NCBI GenBank assembly: GCA_964350885.1
Contig: CAYGKV010000003.1
Span: forward strand, 15,444-79,443
From: an uncultured Candidatus Saccharibacteria bacterium
Lineage (GTDB): Bacteria > Patescibacteriota > Minisyncoccia > Phycocordibacterales > UBA2100
Direction: 5' to 3'
DNA length: 64,000 nucleotides
Both the position numbers and the translations under genes were made by a program. The notes under the pieces were generated by a model. The model searched no databases, had not been told where the DNA came from, and worked only from the letters and a program-made list of their open reading frames with translations. Of this stretch, positions 8,458 through 17,830 are shown in pieces. Numbering within the stretch: position 1 is the first letter of the stretch; each line of letters begins with the position of its first letter.

Positions 8458-9006
8458 ATGCCGCTTGAGACGATCAACTACTGGTTGGCGCTCGCGACAC
8501 TCTCGATGCAGGTCGCTGGGGCAGCATTGCTCGCGTTGTATTTTCTCAGAAAGAAATTTGCCGACCTCGAAGACATCGCAGGGCTTCTCTTCACATGGGG
8601 ATTGTGGATTGGATTCCTCGTATCGCTTGCGGCAAGTAGCGTGACAGTCATTCATTCGAGCATTTTTGGTTTGCCGCCGTGCCCACTATGTTGGTGGCAG
8701 CGCGCATTCTTGTATCCCCAAGTGGTTTTATTTGCGCTCGCGCTTTGGAAACGAGATAGAAGCATTGCCGACTACTCAATTGCGTTGTCAGTCGTCGGCC
8801 TCGGGATCGCAATCTACCATCACATACTCCAGATGTTTCCCATGGGCTCACTGCCATGCCCATCGGAAGGGGAAATTAGCTGCGCGCAAATTCTCTTTCT
8901 CGAATTTGGTTACATCACCTATCCAATGATGGCAATCTCGGCATTCGCTTTCCTTATCGTACTTATGCTTTTCGTGCGTGACTCCGCGAAAAACCCCAAA
9001 GCTTGA
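8458..9006 (+). CDS. Disulfide bond formation protein B (BdbC/DsbB family)
   Basis: Four TM helices; first periplasmic Cys pair LPPCPLCWWQRAFLYP (BdbC-like PCxLCWYQR) and a second pair in a later loop (SLPCPSEGEISC). Confidence 0.65.
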   Translation: MPLETINYWLALATLSMQVAGAALLALYFLRKKFADLEDIAGLLFTWGLWIGFLVSLAASSVTVIHSSIFGLPPCPLCWWQRAFLYPQVVLFALALWKRDRSIADYSIALSVVGLGIAIYHHILQMFPMGSLPCPSEGEISCAQILFLEFGYITYPMMAISAFAFLIVLMLFVRDSAKNPKA

Positions 9007-9014
9007 TGTGGTTT

Positions 9015-10139
9015 TTAGAGCACAGGCTCTCGGCCATGTTTCTTGAAGAAATATCCTTCGAGTGAATAGCGGTCATAGCCGTGGAGGAAGAGGGTAATCG
9101 CGAGGCCAAAGAGGATGCCGTGCGGCCATATCAATTCTTGGAAATACAAGAGCGAAAGCGTGAGCCAAAACGCAAGGAAGAGTAGTGTCCAACGGATCGC
9201 AACGCCAAAAATGAGCATGAGGCCGATGATGAATTCAATGATGAGGGCCCCCAAGACGATGAAGAGGGGATCGAACGGGAAAAATCGTACAAGGTCGTGC
9301 TGGATGACCACTTCGAGCGCGAGTTGGCTGTACATGTACTTAGCGTATATTGAAGCGAAGAGCACACCCCATCCCAAGCAAATGCGGAGGAAGGGAAATG
9401 CGTACGGTTGAAGCGTATGAATAAAGCCTGGAGCCCGCACGCTGCGCATTGAATCGAGCGACCATATGCCGCCGCCGAGTATGGCGGTGAGTGCGAACGC
9501 TCCGAGAAAGTCGGTGTAGGTGAATGCGTATATGCCAAGCGTGAAGGCGCTGTAGGCGTAGAGCGCGAGGAGGGCGTACGACACGGGGCGGGTAAAGAGG
9601 CCCACCGTAAGGAGGATCCCGACGACACCGAGCGCATACTGGAAGAGTGTTGTCATGCTCCCAAAGAAGGACGACAAGAATAATTCAGAGCCGTAGATAT
9701 TGCCTGCATACGCAAAAGCGATAACGCAGAGGCCGGTTGTAATGCGGGCGACGGGAAGCGCATAGCGCTTCATCGCAAAGAGCATCGGGTCGAGGCGTTT
9801 CTCCAAGACATGGAAGAACGATGCGGTGATGACGGTCGAGAATACGACGAACGACACGAAGCCCCAGAAGAGAAACTCAAATTCGTTGCCGATGATCGCG
9901 GTGAAGGGGTTGGGCGAGGTCATACTCATCGCCCGAGTGATCGTTGCTGTGTCCAAAACATACACTTCGTGCGCTGAGGCAATAAGTGGAAGGAAGGCGC
10001 CGCTTAGTCCGAGGAACAGTACCCGAGCGAGCGGATGCGTTCTTCGCCGTGTCTCGCAGTGCGTCGGCACGAGAGTCAGCGCTGCGCGAGTACGCGCAGA
10101 CAGCGACGGCGAAGAATGTATCCCGAGCCACTTACCCAT
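9015..10139 (-). CDS. Hypothetical polytopic membrane protein (at least 8 TM); start uncertain
   Basis: Long hydrophobic ORF adjacent to the dsbB pair; no motif I can assign confidently. Confidence 0.35.
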   Translation of the reverse strand: MGKWLGIHSSPSLSARTRAALTLVPTHCETRRRTHPLARVLFLGLSGAFLPLIASAHEVYVLDTATITRAMSMTSPNPFTAIIGNEFEFLFWGFVSFVVFSTVITASFFHVLEKRLDPMLFAMKRYALPVARITTGLCVIAFAYAGNIYGSELFLSSFFGSMTTLFQYALGVVGILLTVGLFTRPVSYALLALYAYSAFTLGIYAFTYTDFLGAFALTAILGGGIWSLDSMRSVRAPGFIHTLQPYAFPFLRICLGWGVLFASIYAKYMYSQLALEVVIQHDLVRFFPFDPLFIVLGALIIEFIIGLMLIFGVAIRWTLLFLAFWLTLSLLYFQELIWPHGILFGLAITLFLHGYDRYSLEGYFFKKHGREPVL

Positions 10140-11781
10140 GTTTGATCATATATTTTTCTATGTCTTCTATTGTACCGCCTACTTTTTTCCCGGGGTTGAG
10201 TATCCCCAGGGGATCGAATATCTTTTTCACCTCGGCGAAGAGCGAGCAGATTTTTTCTCCGTACATAAGGGGGAGGTACGGCGTGCGGATGATGCCATCG
10301 TTGTGTTCCCCTGTAATGGATCCGTGATACTTACCCACGAGCTCGTACACTTTTGGTGAAAGTTCGAGAATTTCTTTGTGATCGTAGGCCCGCCCGAGAT
10401 TCATGAGGGGAATGATGTGGAAATTGCCATCGCCAATGTGTCCGGCAATAGTGTAGAGAAGCTTGTATTTAGAAAGTAGTGATTCCAGCTCGGGGAGAAA
10501 GCGTGGGTAATCGCTCGGATGTACCACAATGTCGTCAATGAAAGGTGCGGCGTAAAGGCCTTTGAGATTTTTTCTCAGAAGTGCAAAACTCTCGCGGCGG
10601 ATGGTCCAGTATTTTGCAGCGGCCGCTTCCGAACGAGCGATTTTTGTGCGTACGGCCAAGCCCTCAAGCGCATCCCGCGTCTCTTCGGCTTTCTGCAGCG
10701 CTTCGTAGGCGGTGTCTTCTGCAAACTCCGCCATCAAGACGAGTTTGGGGACTTTGGACGTGGCGACCAGCCACATTTCGGGAATGAAAGCGAGACCGAG
10801 TTTGATCATCTGAATAATGCCGAAGTGACCGATAATCTGCGGGATGAAACGCACCGCGAGTTTGAATGTCTGGTCGTCGTACGATTCAAACGATTCAGGT
10901 TTGAATTTCAACACCCGTTCTACGATCGTGGGGAGTATGCCGATGTCGGAAAGGAAGACGACAAGCATCGCCCGGTGCTCTTTGGTTTTCACGAGCCCTA
11001 GCTTTGCCTTTGTCACAAGCGCGAGCGTGCCCTGGGAGCCGACGATGAGTTGAGAGAGATCAAATGTATTGTGTTTTTTATTGAACACATCCCACAGAGC
11101 GTATCCGGCGGAATTTTTCGTCACATTGGGTCGTGCCGCTTCTATCTCGCTCGTATGCGCCTGTATGAGCGCATGTGTCTCGCGGTAAATCTTCCCCTCG
11201 AGAGTTTGTTGCGCCTCTTTTGCCGCGAGTTCATGCATCGTGATGGGTTTAAAAGTAGTCTGGCTACCATCGGAGAGTACGACATCGAGTTCGCGTACAT
11301 ACTGGTTGGTTTTGCCATACAGGAGTGTCAGTTCGCCACCGGAATTATTAGCGACCATGCCACCGATGGCACATATGCCACGCGAGGCAGGGTAAGAGGG
11401 CATGATCATGCCGCGCTTTTCGAGCGTGGCTTTTTCAAAGTCGCGGTAATACACGCCGGGCTCGGAGACCGCATAGTCGTCGCCGATTTCGCCAATGCGG
11501 TTCATGTGTTTTGCGAAGACGAGGGAGATGGAATCTGTAAGCGGCCCCCCGGTCATGTCGGTGCCAGCCGAGCGGGCGGCGATAGAAAGGCCAGCTTCTT
11601 TCGATTTATTCTCGCTCACATATTTCACAACTGCCGAGACGTCATCCGCATCCTTGGGGAACACGACAATTGCGGGCTTTCGCTCGAAAATACTTGTGTC
11701 ACGGCTGTACTTCGCACGCACGTTGGCGTCGTCGGAGACGTCACCTTTGATGACGTGCGCAATATCCTCCCACAAATTCAT
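10132..11781 (-). CDS. FAD-linked oxidase (GlcD / D-lactate dehydrogenase family)
   Basis: FAD-binding PCMH-domain motifs (GAGTDMTGGPL, GMVANNSGGELTLLYGKT) and a C-terminal FAD-oxidase domain; 549 aa. Confidence 0.8.
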   Translation of the reverse strand: MNLWEDIAHVIKGDVSDDANVRAKYSRDTSIFERKPAIVVFPKDADDVSAVVKYVSENKSKEAGLSIAARSAGTDMTGGPLTDSISLVFAKHMNRIGEIGDDYAVSEPGVYYRDFEKATLEKRGMIMPSYPASRGICAIGGMVANNSGGELTLLYGKTNQYVRELDVVLSDGSQTTFKPITMHELAAKEAQQTLEGKIYRETHALIQAHTSEIEAARPNVTKNSAGYALWDVFNKKHNTFDLSQLIVGSQGTLALVTKAKLGLVKTKEHRAMLVVFLSDIGILPTIVERVLKFKPESFESYDDQTFKLAVRFIPQIIGHFGIIQMIKLGLAFIPEMWLVATSKVPKLVLMAEFAEDTAYEALQKAEETRDALEGLAVRTKIARSEAAAAKYWTIRRESFALLRKNLKGLYAAPFIDDIVVHPSDYPRFLPELESLLSKYKLLYTIAGHIGDGNFHIIPLMNLGRAYDHKEILELSPKVYELVGKYHGSITGEHNDGIIRTPYLPLMYGEKICSLFAEVKKIFDPLGILNPGKKVGGTIEDIEKYMIKHG

Positions 11782-11808
11782 CCCGCAATTATATCAGTAT
11801 AAAAGAAG

Positions 11809-11831
11809 CGGGCCGCCCGAAAGGCGGCCCG
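11809..11831 (-). terminator. GC hairpin; putative terminator of the minus-strand gene ending at 11852
   Basis: gcgggccgcc-cgaaa-ggcggcccg perfect 9-bp stem; a partial T-run follows on the minus strand. Confidence 0.4.
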
Positions 11832-11851
11832 TAGGTAAAAGCTTATGGAGT

Positions 11852-12320
11852 TCATTCAAACCCCATGCTCCGGAAAAGCGCACGGAGATCAAAGACAAAC
11901 GTGTACCCGGTGGTGCCGAGCTCCGCGTGGCGGGAAATTGCACACCGTGCCACTTCCCGCAGGTTCGTGGTGTCCTTGCCGGGGTTTTCCTCGGCAAGGT
12001 GCGCAATCCAAGCATCCATCGCCTCCGACACAGCCGCACCGTCGGGGGTTTCGCTCCACTGCTTGTCCCACGCCTTCACGAAGGCACACTCGCAGTAGTT
12101 CAGGGCCGGCGGAGGCCGAAAGATCCCAGGATTTCTCGGGGGCCGTTCTTTCGAGGGGTTTACGACAGGCATCTCGCTTCCTTTCTGTGGCTCCGTTTGT
12201 GGGCCACCAGCCCTCACAATCCCACGAACCTTCATTGAAGTCAAAATTCAGGATCTGCGGGAGATTGTGAAGGAGCACTTGTACACATTTTGTGAACATG
12301 ATGTGCACCGTTTCTTTCAT
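11852..12320 (-). pseudogene. Hypothetical gene apparently split across two reading frames (possible frameshift or sequencing error)
   Basis: A protein-like N-half from the ATG at 12320 (MKETVHIMFTKCVQVLLHNLPQILNFDFNEGSWDCEGWWPTNG...) continues in another frame as ...PALNYCECAFVKAWDKQWSETPDG...HLAEENPGKD...FVFDLRALFRSMGFE and ends at 11852. A hairpin lies downstream. Confidence 0.3.
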
Positions 12321-12498
12321 TGACGCTTCATGAGGGAAGTGTAGTGTTGCAGATGGAAATTTGGCGGCGAAACCTCGAATTCCGCTGATTTCGCTGGCTC
12401 TTGACAGAGAAACGGTCCTCATGTATAGATGAGGCCGCATTCGATCTTGCTAAAAGGTCATTATTTAACAGGTTTAGCCATAAAAGCATTAGAAAAGT

Positions 12499-15400
12499 AT
12501 GAATATTAGTATCTTTGGTCGCACGCAGTCCTTGCTCGGTAAGGCGGGATCTATCGTTGTCATATTGACGCTCGCTGTAACTCCTCTTTCACAAGCGTTC
12601 CCTCTCGTGGCGAATGCGTTGGATACGGGCTTCAATTCTCCCAGCGCAACACACACACCGAATTCCTGGGTGAACGGGCTCAACGCAACGTCAAGTAACA
12701 ACATTTATGCAACATCAACAGCAAATGGTAGCGAACAAGGGTATGCCACTTTCGGCATCCCGGCCATCGCTATAGGATCAACGATTGATGGCATTGAAGT
12801 ATCTATTGATGCAAAGGCCGACGACAACGATTGTGATATTGGGGTCAGGCTCTCGTGGGACGGTGGCGCTACCTGGAGTTCTCAGATCGTAAATACGACG
12901 ATAGGAACAAATGAGGATTCCGAGACTTTCGGTGGCCCCTCAAGTCAGTGGGGTCGTGCCTGGGTGGAGGGCGATTTCACAAACTCTAACTTTGTTGTAA
13001 AAATCCAAGCTATCGACGGCGATGGAGCCGCCAATGGATCTAGCGACTGTCAGGCGGCAAGCGATAAGCTGTACGCAGATGTAGTCCAAGCGAAGGTATA
13101 CTATTCTGCACCGGTACTCAATCCCGGCACATCCGTTGTCATCAACACGATTTCCGATCCTATCAGCGGAACGTATACAGCTCCGTTCCCAACGTTCTCT
13201 TGTCCGGCAAACCCGCTCTACAACCCGGTAAGCATCACGGGGAGTGGCACAGGTTCGGCACCTCCAGGCAACATCAGTCAGTACAAAGTACAGATTGATT
13301 GGGGAGATGGGATCATCGAAAACACCGCAACCTCGACATTTACCCCGAATGCCGGGCAGGGGAACTTCTCTTTCGTATTTAATGGTCAGCATACTTATAC
13401 AACCAATGGGAACATGGTGATAAAGGCTCGCCTCTACCACTCGCAGCCACCGGGGGGCGACAACCAGGCTGATGCTGTGATCTCGATCACGACCTGTATC
13501 TTCGTCCCTCCTGCAAATACTGCGGTAGTACTTGTAAACAAAGTCGTGAACGGTGGCCCTGCTGTACCGAGCGACTTCACGCTCAATGTCACCAATGCTA
13601 GCTCAACGCCGAGCTCCTTCAATCCATCAACAGCGACCACGACCGTCGTCATTACTCCAGGCGCGTATTCGATTACCGAGGCTCCAGCAGCGAACTACAC
13701 ACCGACGTATTCGTCTGGATGTTCCGGTACGTTGACGATTGGCTCGACGACGAAATGTCTCGTCACCAATACTTACGTTCCTCCTACCACTGGTATGCTC
13801 ACGCTCGTAAAGCAGGTCACCAATAACAACGGCGGGACAGCTGCTGCAGGCGCATGGACGCTTGCCGCTTCGAGCACCTCGGGCACCACGGTTATTTCTG
13901 GGGTTACGGGCGCGGGTGCGGTAACAAACGCTACGGTCGCTCCGGCCGCATACGACCTCTCAGAGTCAGGCGGACCTTCTGGCTACACAGCTTCTGCATG
14001 GGTCTGCACAGGAACTGGTACACAAAATGATGGAGATACGGTTACACTCGCAGCTGGCCAAAGCGCGACCTGTACCATCACCAACGACGATGTGGCTCCG
14101 GTGCTCACACTCATCAAGAACCTCATCCAAGACGAGGGAGGCGCAGCATTCCATGTCCTTGCTGATTGGCTCCTTTCCGCAAGCAGCACCTCCAACAACA
14201 CACTCACGGCGTTTTCAGGTGCGTCCGGTGTGACGAGCGATAGTACTTTCAAGGCTGGTGTGTACACGCTTGCAGAGTCTGGTCCTTCTGGATACACCGC
14301 GAGCGGCTGGGTATGCCCAAGCGGCAACCTCTCGGGAGCTTCTCTCACCATCGGTCTTGGCGAAAACATCACCTGCACAATCACCAACGACGACATCGCT
14401 CCGACGTTGACTCTCGAAAAGACAGTCGTGAATCTCGACGGTGGTACTGCAGGCGAGTCCGATTTCCAAGGAAAAATTGACGGCTCTGATGTTGCATGGG
14501 ACACACCGATTACACTTACTGCGGGGGCTCACACAGCATCTGAAGCTAGTGGCGTTTCTGGATACTCTGCTTCCGCATGGGGCGGAGATTGTGCTGAAGA
14601 TGGGACGATCACGCTTTCTCCAGGGCAAGATGCGGTCTGTACCATCACCAACGACGACATCGCGCCGGGGCTTACCATTAAGAAAGTAGTCACGACCGAC
14701 AATGGCGGCAATGAGACCTCTGCCGCTTTCCAAGGATATGTAGAAGGCAATCCAGTCGCTTGGAATGACGCGCAGGTACTCGAAGCGGGGACATACACAT
14801 TGAGCGAAGACGCTGTTGCCGGCTATCAGCAATCGGCATGGGTCTGCGTAGGGGGATCTCAAAGCGGAAGCGACATAACGATAGGTGTAGGAGAGACGGT
14901 TGAGTGTACTATCACCAACGATGACATCGCTCCTTCAATCACGCTTATCAAAGAGGTTACCAACGACAACGGTGGTACTGCCGGAGCAAATGATTTCGGT
15001 CTTTCCATTGGTGGTACTTCGGTTGAGTCGGGGGAGACGCTCGCGGTTGATTCCAACGAAGCAATTTCTATCGATGAGCTTGGGCTCGCGGACTACGCTT
15101 TCGCTTCAATTACCGGGGATGAAGGATGTCCATCAGAACTCGGTGGCACAGTAATGCTGGACGAAGGTGAAGACATCACCTGCACTATCATCAACGACGA
15201 CATCGCACCGTCTCTTACACTCAATAAGATTCGCATTAACGATGATGGCGGCACACAAGCGGAGAGCGCATGGACATTGACAGCAACAGGTAATCAAGAG
15301 CCTCCGGTAGTTCTCTCTGGTCCCGGCGCGGCTGGTTCGACAGATGTCGTTTCCGGTGCGACGTTCAAGGCTGGCACATACACGCTCTCCGAGAGCGGTC

Positions 15401-16629
15401 CCGAAGGCTATGCGGCTTCAGCATGGAGCTGTGTCAAGAATGATGGCGACCCTGTCGAGGGAAGCTCGATAGCGCTTGCGATTGGAGACGAAGCTACATG
15501 TACCATCACCAATGACGACAGCGAGGCGGTGCTCAAGATTGTTAAGAACACAATCGGCGGCAACGGCACGTTCGGATTCGACGTCTCAGGAGGCAACGAC
15601 TTTGCCACCACGACGAGCGTCACGACGGTCGAAAATACTGGTTCTGTCGACATCGCGCTCGAAGCCGGCACATATGACGTATCAGAAAACGTCCCTGCCA
15701 ATTGGGATCTCACGAATATGGTCTGTAATGAATCGGGGATTGAGGTCAACAACACTGATTCCGAAGTAATGCTTGGGGTCGGCGATACCGTGACCTGTAC
15801 CTTCACCAACGCATCCACACTCGCCAATGTTTCAGTAGAGAAATCTGTCGACGATGCGTCTCCAGACGCTGGCCAGCAGGTAACCTTCACACTCACAGTT
15901 ACGAACAGTGGTCCGGCTACTGCTACGGATGTTGAAGTTACCGATGTCTTGCCTTCAGGCTTGACCTACGTTTCTGACAACGGCGCGGGTGCTTACGCCA
16001 CTTCAACTGGAATCTGGACAATCGGCACGCTCCTGAGCGGTTCGTCTACGGCCCTGAGTATCGTAGCGACCGTCAACGCGTCGGCCGGACAAACGGTAAC
16101 GAATACCGCATCCGTTACGACCGAGAACACAGATTCTGACACTGAAAACAACACCGACGGTGTGTCTATAACAGTCAATACTCCTCCAGCTCCTCCTTCG
16201 GGTGGTGGCGGTGGCGGCGGAGGCGGAGGTGGTGGCCTAAACAATCCTATCTACGGTGTACCAGGGCAAGTCTTGGGCGCAGCGACATCAACGCTTCCCG
16301 AGCTCCCTGCAGGTTGTTCAGCACTTCTCAACACCTACATGCGCATGAATAAGAGCAATAACTCCGCATCTGAAGTCGCGAAACTCCAGCAATTCTTGAA
16401 CGACACCATGAAGGCGGGGCTTCCTGTCACGGGCTTCTTCGGATCCGCGACCGATAAGGCGGTACGCGCATTCCAAACGGCAAATTCCGAGCAAGTTCTC
16501 GCACCGTGGGGATTGAAAGCGCCGACAGGATTCGTGTACAAGACGACTCAGCGCTGGATCAACCTCCTCCACTGCCAGTCGCTCAACATTCCAATGCCCA
16601 CGGATCTCACCCCGTACCGAGGCGAATAA
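12499..16629 (+). CDS. Giant cell-surface adhesin-like protein: signal peptide, ~9 tandem prealbumin-like (SpaA/SdrD-B-type) repeats, DUF11 domain, poly-Gly linker, C-terminal peptidoglycan-binding (PG_binding_1) domain
   Basis: 1376 aa. The signal is MNISIFGRTQSLLGKAGSIVVILTLAVTPLSQA. A unit containing G.YTLSE.GP.GY.AS.W.C...TCTITNDDIAP recurs every ~90-105 aa. DUF11 is recognised by NVSVEKSVDDASPDAGQQVTFTLTVTNSGPATATDVEVTDVLPSGLTYV. A G12 run follows, then LQQFLN...GLPVTGFFGSATDKAVRAFQ. Confidence 0.8.
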   Translation: MNISIFGRTQSLLGKAGSIVVILTLAVTPLSQAFPLVANALDTGFNSPSATHTPNSWVNGLNATSSNNIYATSTANGSEQGYATFGIPAIAIGSTIDGIEVSIDAKADDNDCDIGVRLSWDGGATWSSQIVNTTIGTNEDSETFGGPSSQWGRAWVEGDFTNSNFVVKIQAIDGDGAANGSSDCQAASDKLYADVVQAKVYYSAPVLNPGTSVVINTISDPISGTYTAPFPTFSCPANPLYNPVSITGSGTGSAPPGNISQYKVQIDWGDGIIENTATSTFTPNAGQGNFSFVFNGQHTYTTNGNMVIKARLYHSQPPGGDNQADAVISITTCIFVPPANTAVVLVNKVVNGGPAVPSDFTLNVTNASSTPSSFNPSTATTTVVITPGAYSITEAPAANYTPTYSSGCSGTLTIGSTTKCLVTNTYVPPTTGMLTLVKQVTNNNGGTAAAGAWTLAASSTSGTTVISGVTGAGAVTNATVAPAAYDLSESGGPSGYTASAWVCTGTGTQNDGDTVTLAAGQSATCTITNDDVAPVLTLIKNLIQDEGGAAFHVLADWLLSASSTSNNTLTAFSGASGVTSDSTFKAGVYTLAESGPSGYTASGWVCPSGNLSGASLTIGLGENITCTITNDDIAPTLTLEKTVVNLDGGTAGESDFQGKIDGSDVAWDTPITLTAGAHTASEASGVSGYSASAWGGDCAEDGTITLSPGQDAVCTITNDDIAPGLTIKKVVTTDNGGNETSAAFQGYVEGNPVAWNDAQVLEAGTYTLSEDAVAGYQQSAWVCVGGSQSGSDITIGVGETVECTITNDDIAPSITLIKEVTNDNGGTAGANDFGLSIGGTSVESGETLAVDSNEAISIDELGLADYAFASITGDEGCPSELGGTVMLDEGEDITCTIINDDIAPSLTLNKIRINDDGGTQAESAWTLTATGNQEPPVVLSGPGAAGSTDVVSGATFKAGTYTLSESGPEGYAASAWSCVKNDGDPVEGSSIALAIGDEATCTITNDDSEAVLKIVKNTIGGNGTFGFDVSGGNDFATTTSVTTVENTGSVDIALEAGTYDVSENVPANWDLTNMVCNESGIEVNNTDSEVMLGVGDTVTCTFTNASTLANVSVEKSVDDASPDAGQQVTFTLTVTNSGPATATDVEVTDVLPSGLTYVSDNGAGAYATSTGIWTIGTLLSGSSTALSIVATVNASAGQTVTNTASVTTENTDSDTENNTDGVSITVNTPPAPPSGGGGGGGGGGGGLNNPIYGVPGQVLGAATSTLPELPAGCSALLNTYMRMNKSNNSASEVAKLQQFLNDTMKAGLPVTGFFGSATDKAVRAFQTANSEQVLAPWGLKAPTGFVYKTTQRWINLLHCQSLNIPMPTDLTPYRGE
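13500..15820 (+). repeat. Intragenic tandem repeats (~265-320 bp period, about 9 units) inside the adhesin gene
   Basis: The codon block acctg(t/c)ac(c/a)atcaccaacgacgacatcgc(t/g)ccg (TCTITNDDIAP) recurs at 14071, 14371, 14635, 14902, 15178 and 15496, with degenerate copies at about 13760 and 15790. Confidence 0.8.
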
Positions 16630-16645
16630 GTGACGCGTCTCTCGC

Positions 16646-16676
16646 AAAAAACCGCCCTCCACAGAGGGCGGTTTTG
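16646..16676 (+). terminator. Rho-independent terminator after the adhesin gene
   Basis: aaaaaccgccctc-cacaga-gggcggtttt hairpin followed by a T-run. Confidence 0.6.
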
Positions 16677-16705
16677 CGTGTGGAGAGGTGTGAGAGAATG
16701 GAGAG

Positions 16706-17797
16706 GTGAGAAAAAAGAACCGAAACGTTTCTCGGCTCCGTTCGTTGTTGCCTCGTGGTAAGCGGGAGCGCAGACGTATAGAGCTTTTAGGCGGACTCGC
16801 GATGGGTGTTTTCTCGGCGCTCGTTGTATCCATCTTCGTAGCCTCTTCCATCGATCGCTATCTCGTCAGCTCGAATCAGTATGCATCCGTGATCGCGGGA
16901 GTGCTCGTAGATCTGACGAACGGAGACAGGGCGCAGAATAATTTACACACGCTTACGATGAGTACGGCGCTTGTTGCAGTCGCTCAAGCGAAGGCAAATG
17001 ACATGGCGGCGAAGAGCTATTTCGCGCATGTCTCTCCCGAGGGGCTCGACCCGTGGCACTGGTTTAAGCAGGCAGACTACGCTTTTGATTACGCGGGAGA
17101 AAATCTCGCAGTCGACTTCTCCGATTCGGTCGACGTGGAGCGGGCGTGGATGAATTCGCCGACACACCGCGAAAACATTCTCAACCCGAAATTCACCGAG
17201 ATCGGCATCGCTACCGCTGAGGGGATATTTCAAGGGCGCTCCACGACCTTCGTGGTGCAGGCATTTGGCACGCCATCAGAATCTGGTATCCAGCGTACAG
17301 TTATTGCCGTCAGTATTCCTGAGAGTCCAAACGAAACGGCGCTCGCCACCTCAGCTCCCCCGACGGTTCTCGGTGAGACACAGCAGCCTACGACTCCGGC
17401 CCCGATAGAGAAAAAATTAGTGCAGACGATTCAACCGAAAGAGGTCGAAGTTCTCGGGACTACGATCGAGACGAATACGCCCACGCCCAGCGCACCCACG
17501 CTCGCTGCGAGTGTAGAATCCTCGCCCGATTATGCGCCGATCTGGGCGCACCTTGCGACCTCACCGCGGAGCATGTTGCAGTACGCGTATTGGATACTCG
17601 CATTTTTGATAGTTGTCGCACTCGGGATTGCAACAGGGTTTGAATTGCACATCCACCATATTCGCAAAGCAACCTCCGCGGGCATCATGCTTTCTTTCAT
17701 GCTAGTGATGTTTCTTGCTGCCAATGTATTCGTCTTTACGAGCCCCACCCTCACGCCACAGGCGAGCATGGCCGCGGCTGCCGCGGGAGCGCATTAA
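16706..17797 (+). CDS. CAP/SCP (PR-1-like, YkwD-type) domain protein with N- and C-terminal TM segments
   Basis: CAP signatures AKSYFAHVSPEG...AGENLAV...VERAWMNSPTHRENIL.PKFTEIGIA; a Thr/Pro-rich linker; a C-terminal hydrophobic helix (YWILAFLIVVALGIATG). The true start is possibly the ATG at 16802. Confidence 0.7.
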   Translation: MRKKNRNVSRLRSLLPRGKRERRRIELLGGLAMGVFSALVVSIFVASSIDRYLVSSNQYASVIAGVLVDLTNGDRAQNNLHTLTMSTALVAVAQAKANDMAAKSYFAHVSPEGLDPWHWFKQADYAFDYAGENLAVDFSDSVDVERAWMNSPTHRENILNPKFTEIGIATAEGIFQGRSTTFVVQAFGTPSESGIQRTVIAVSIPESPNETALATSAPPTVLGETQQPTTPAPIEKKLVQTIQPKEVEVLGTTIETNTPTPSAPTLAASVESSPDYAPIWAHLATSPRSMLQYAYWILAFLIVVALGIATGFELHIHHIRKATSAGIMLSFMLVMFLAANVFVFTSPTLTPQASMAAAAAGAH

Positions 17798-17830
17798 CCC
17801 GCCTTGACGGGGGAGGGGGGAAGACGTACC

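Noticed and set aside
11495-12440. Plus-strand ORFs 11495..12238, 11845..12270, 11865..12098 and minus 11794..12039 in the GC-rich patch
   Set aside because: Their translations are Arg/Pro/Gly-rich with no hydrophobic core and are mutually overlapping. Only the minus-strand frames ending at 11852 show protein-like segments.
12940-16244. Antisense ORFs within the giant adhesin gene (12940..13440, 13983..14504, 14215..14862, 15408..15896, 15993..16244 and others)
   Set aside because: They are shadow frames of a repeat-rich, GC-biased gene. The poly-Pro ORF at 15993..16244 is simply the reverse complement of the Gly12 codons.
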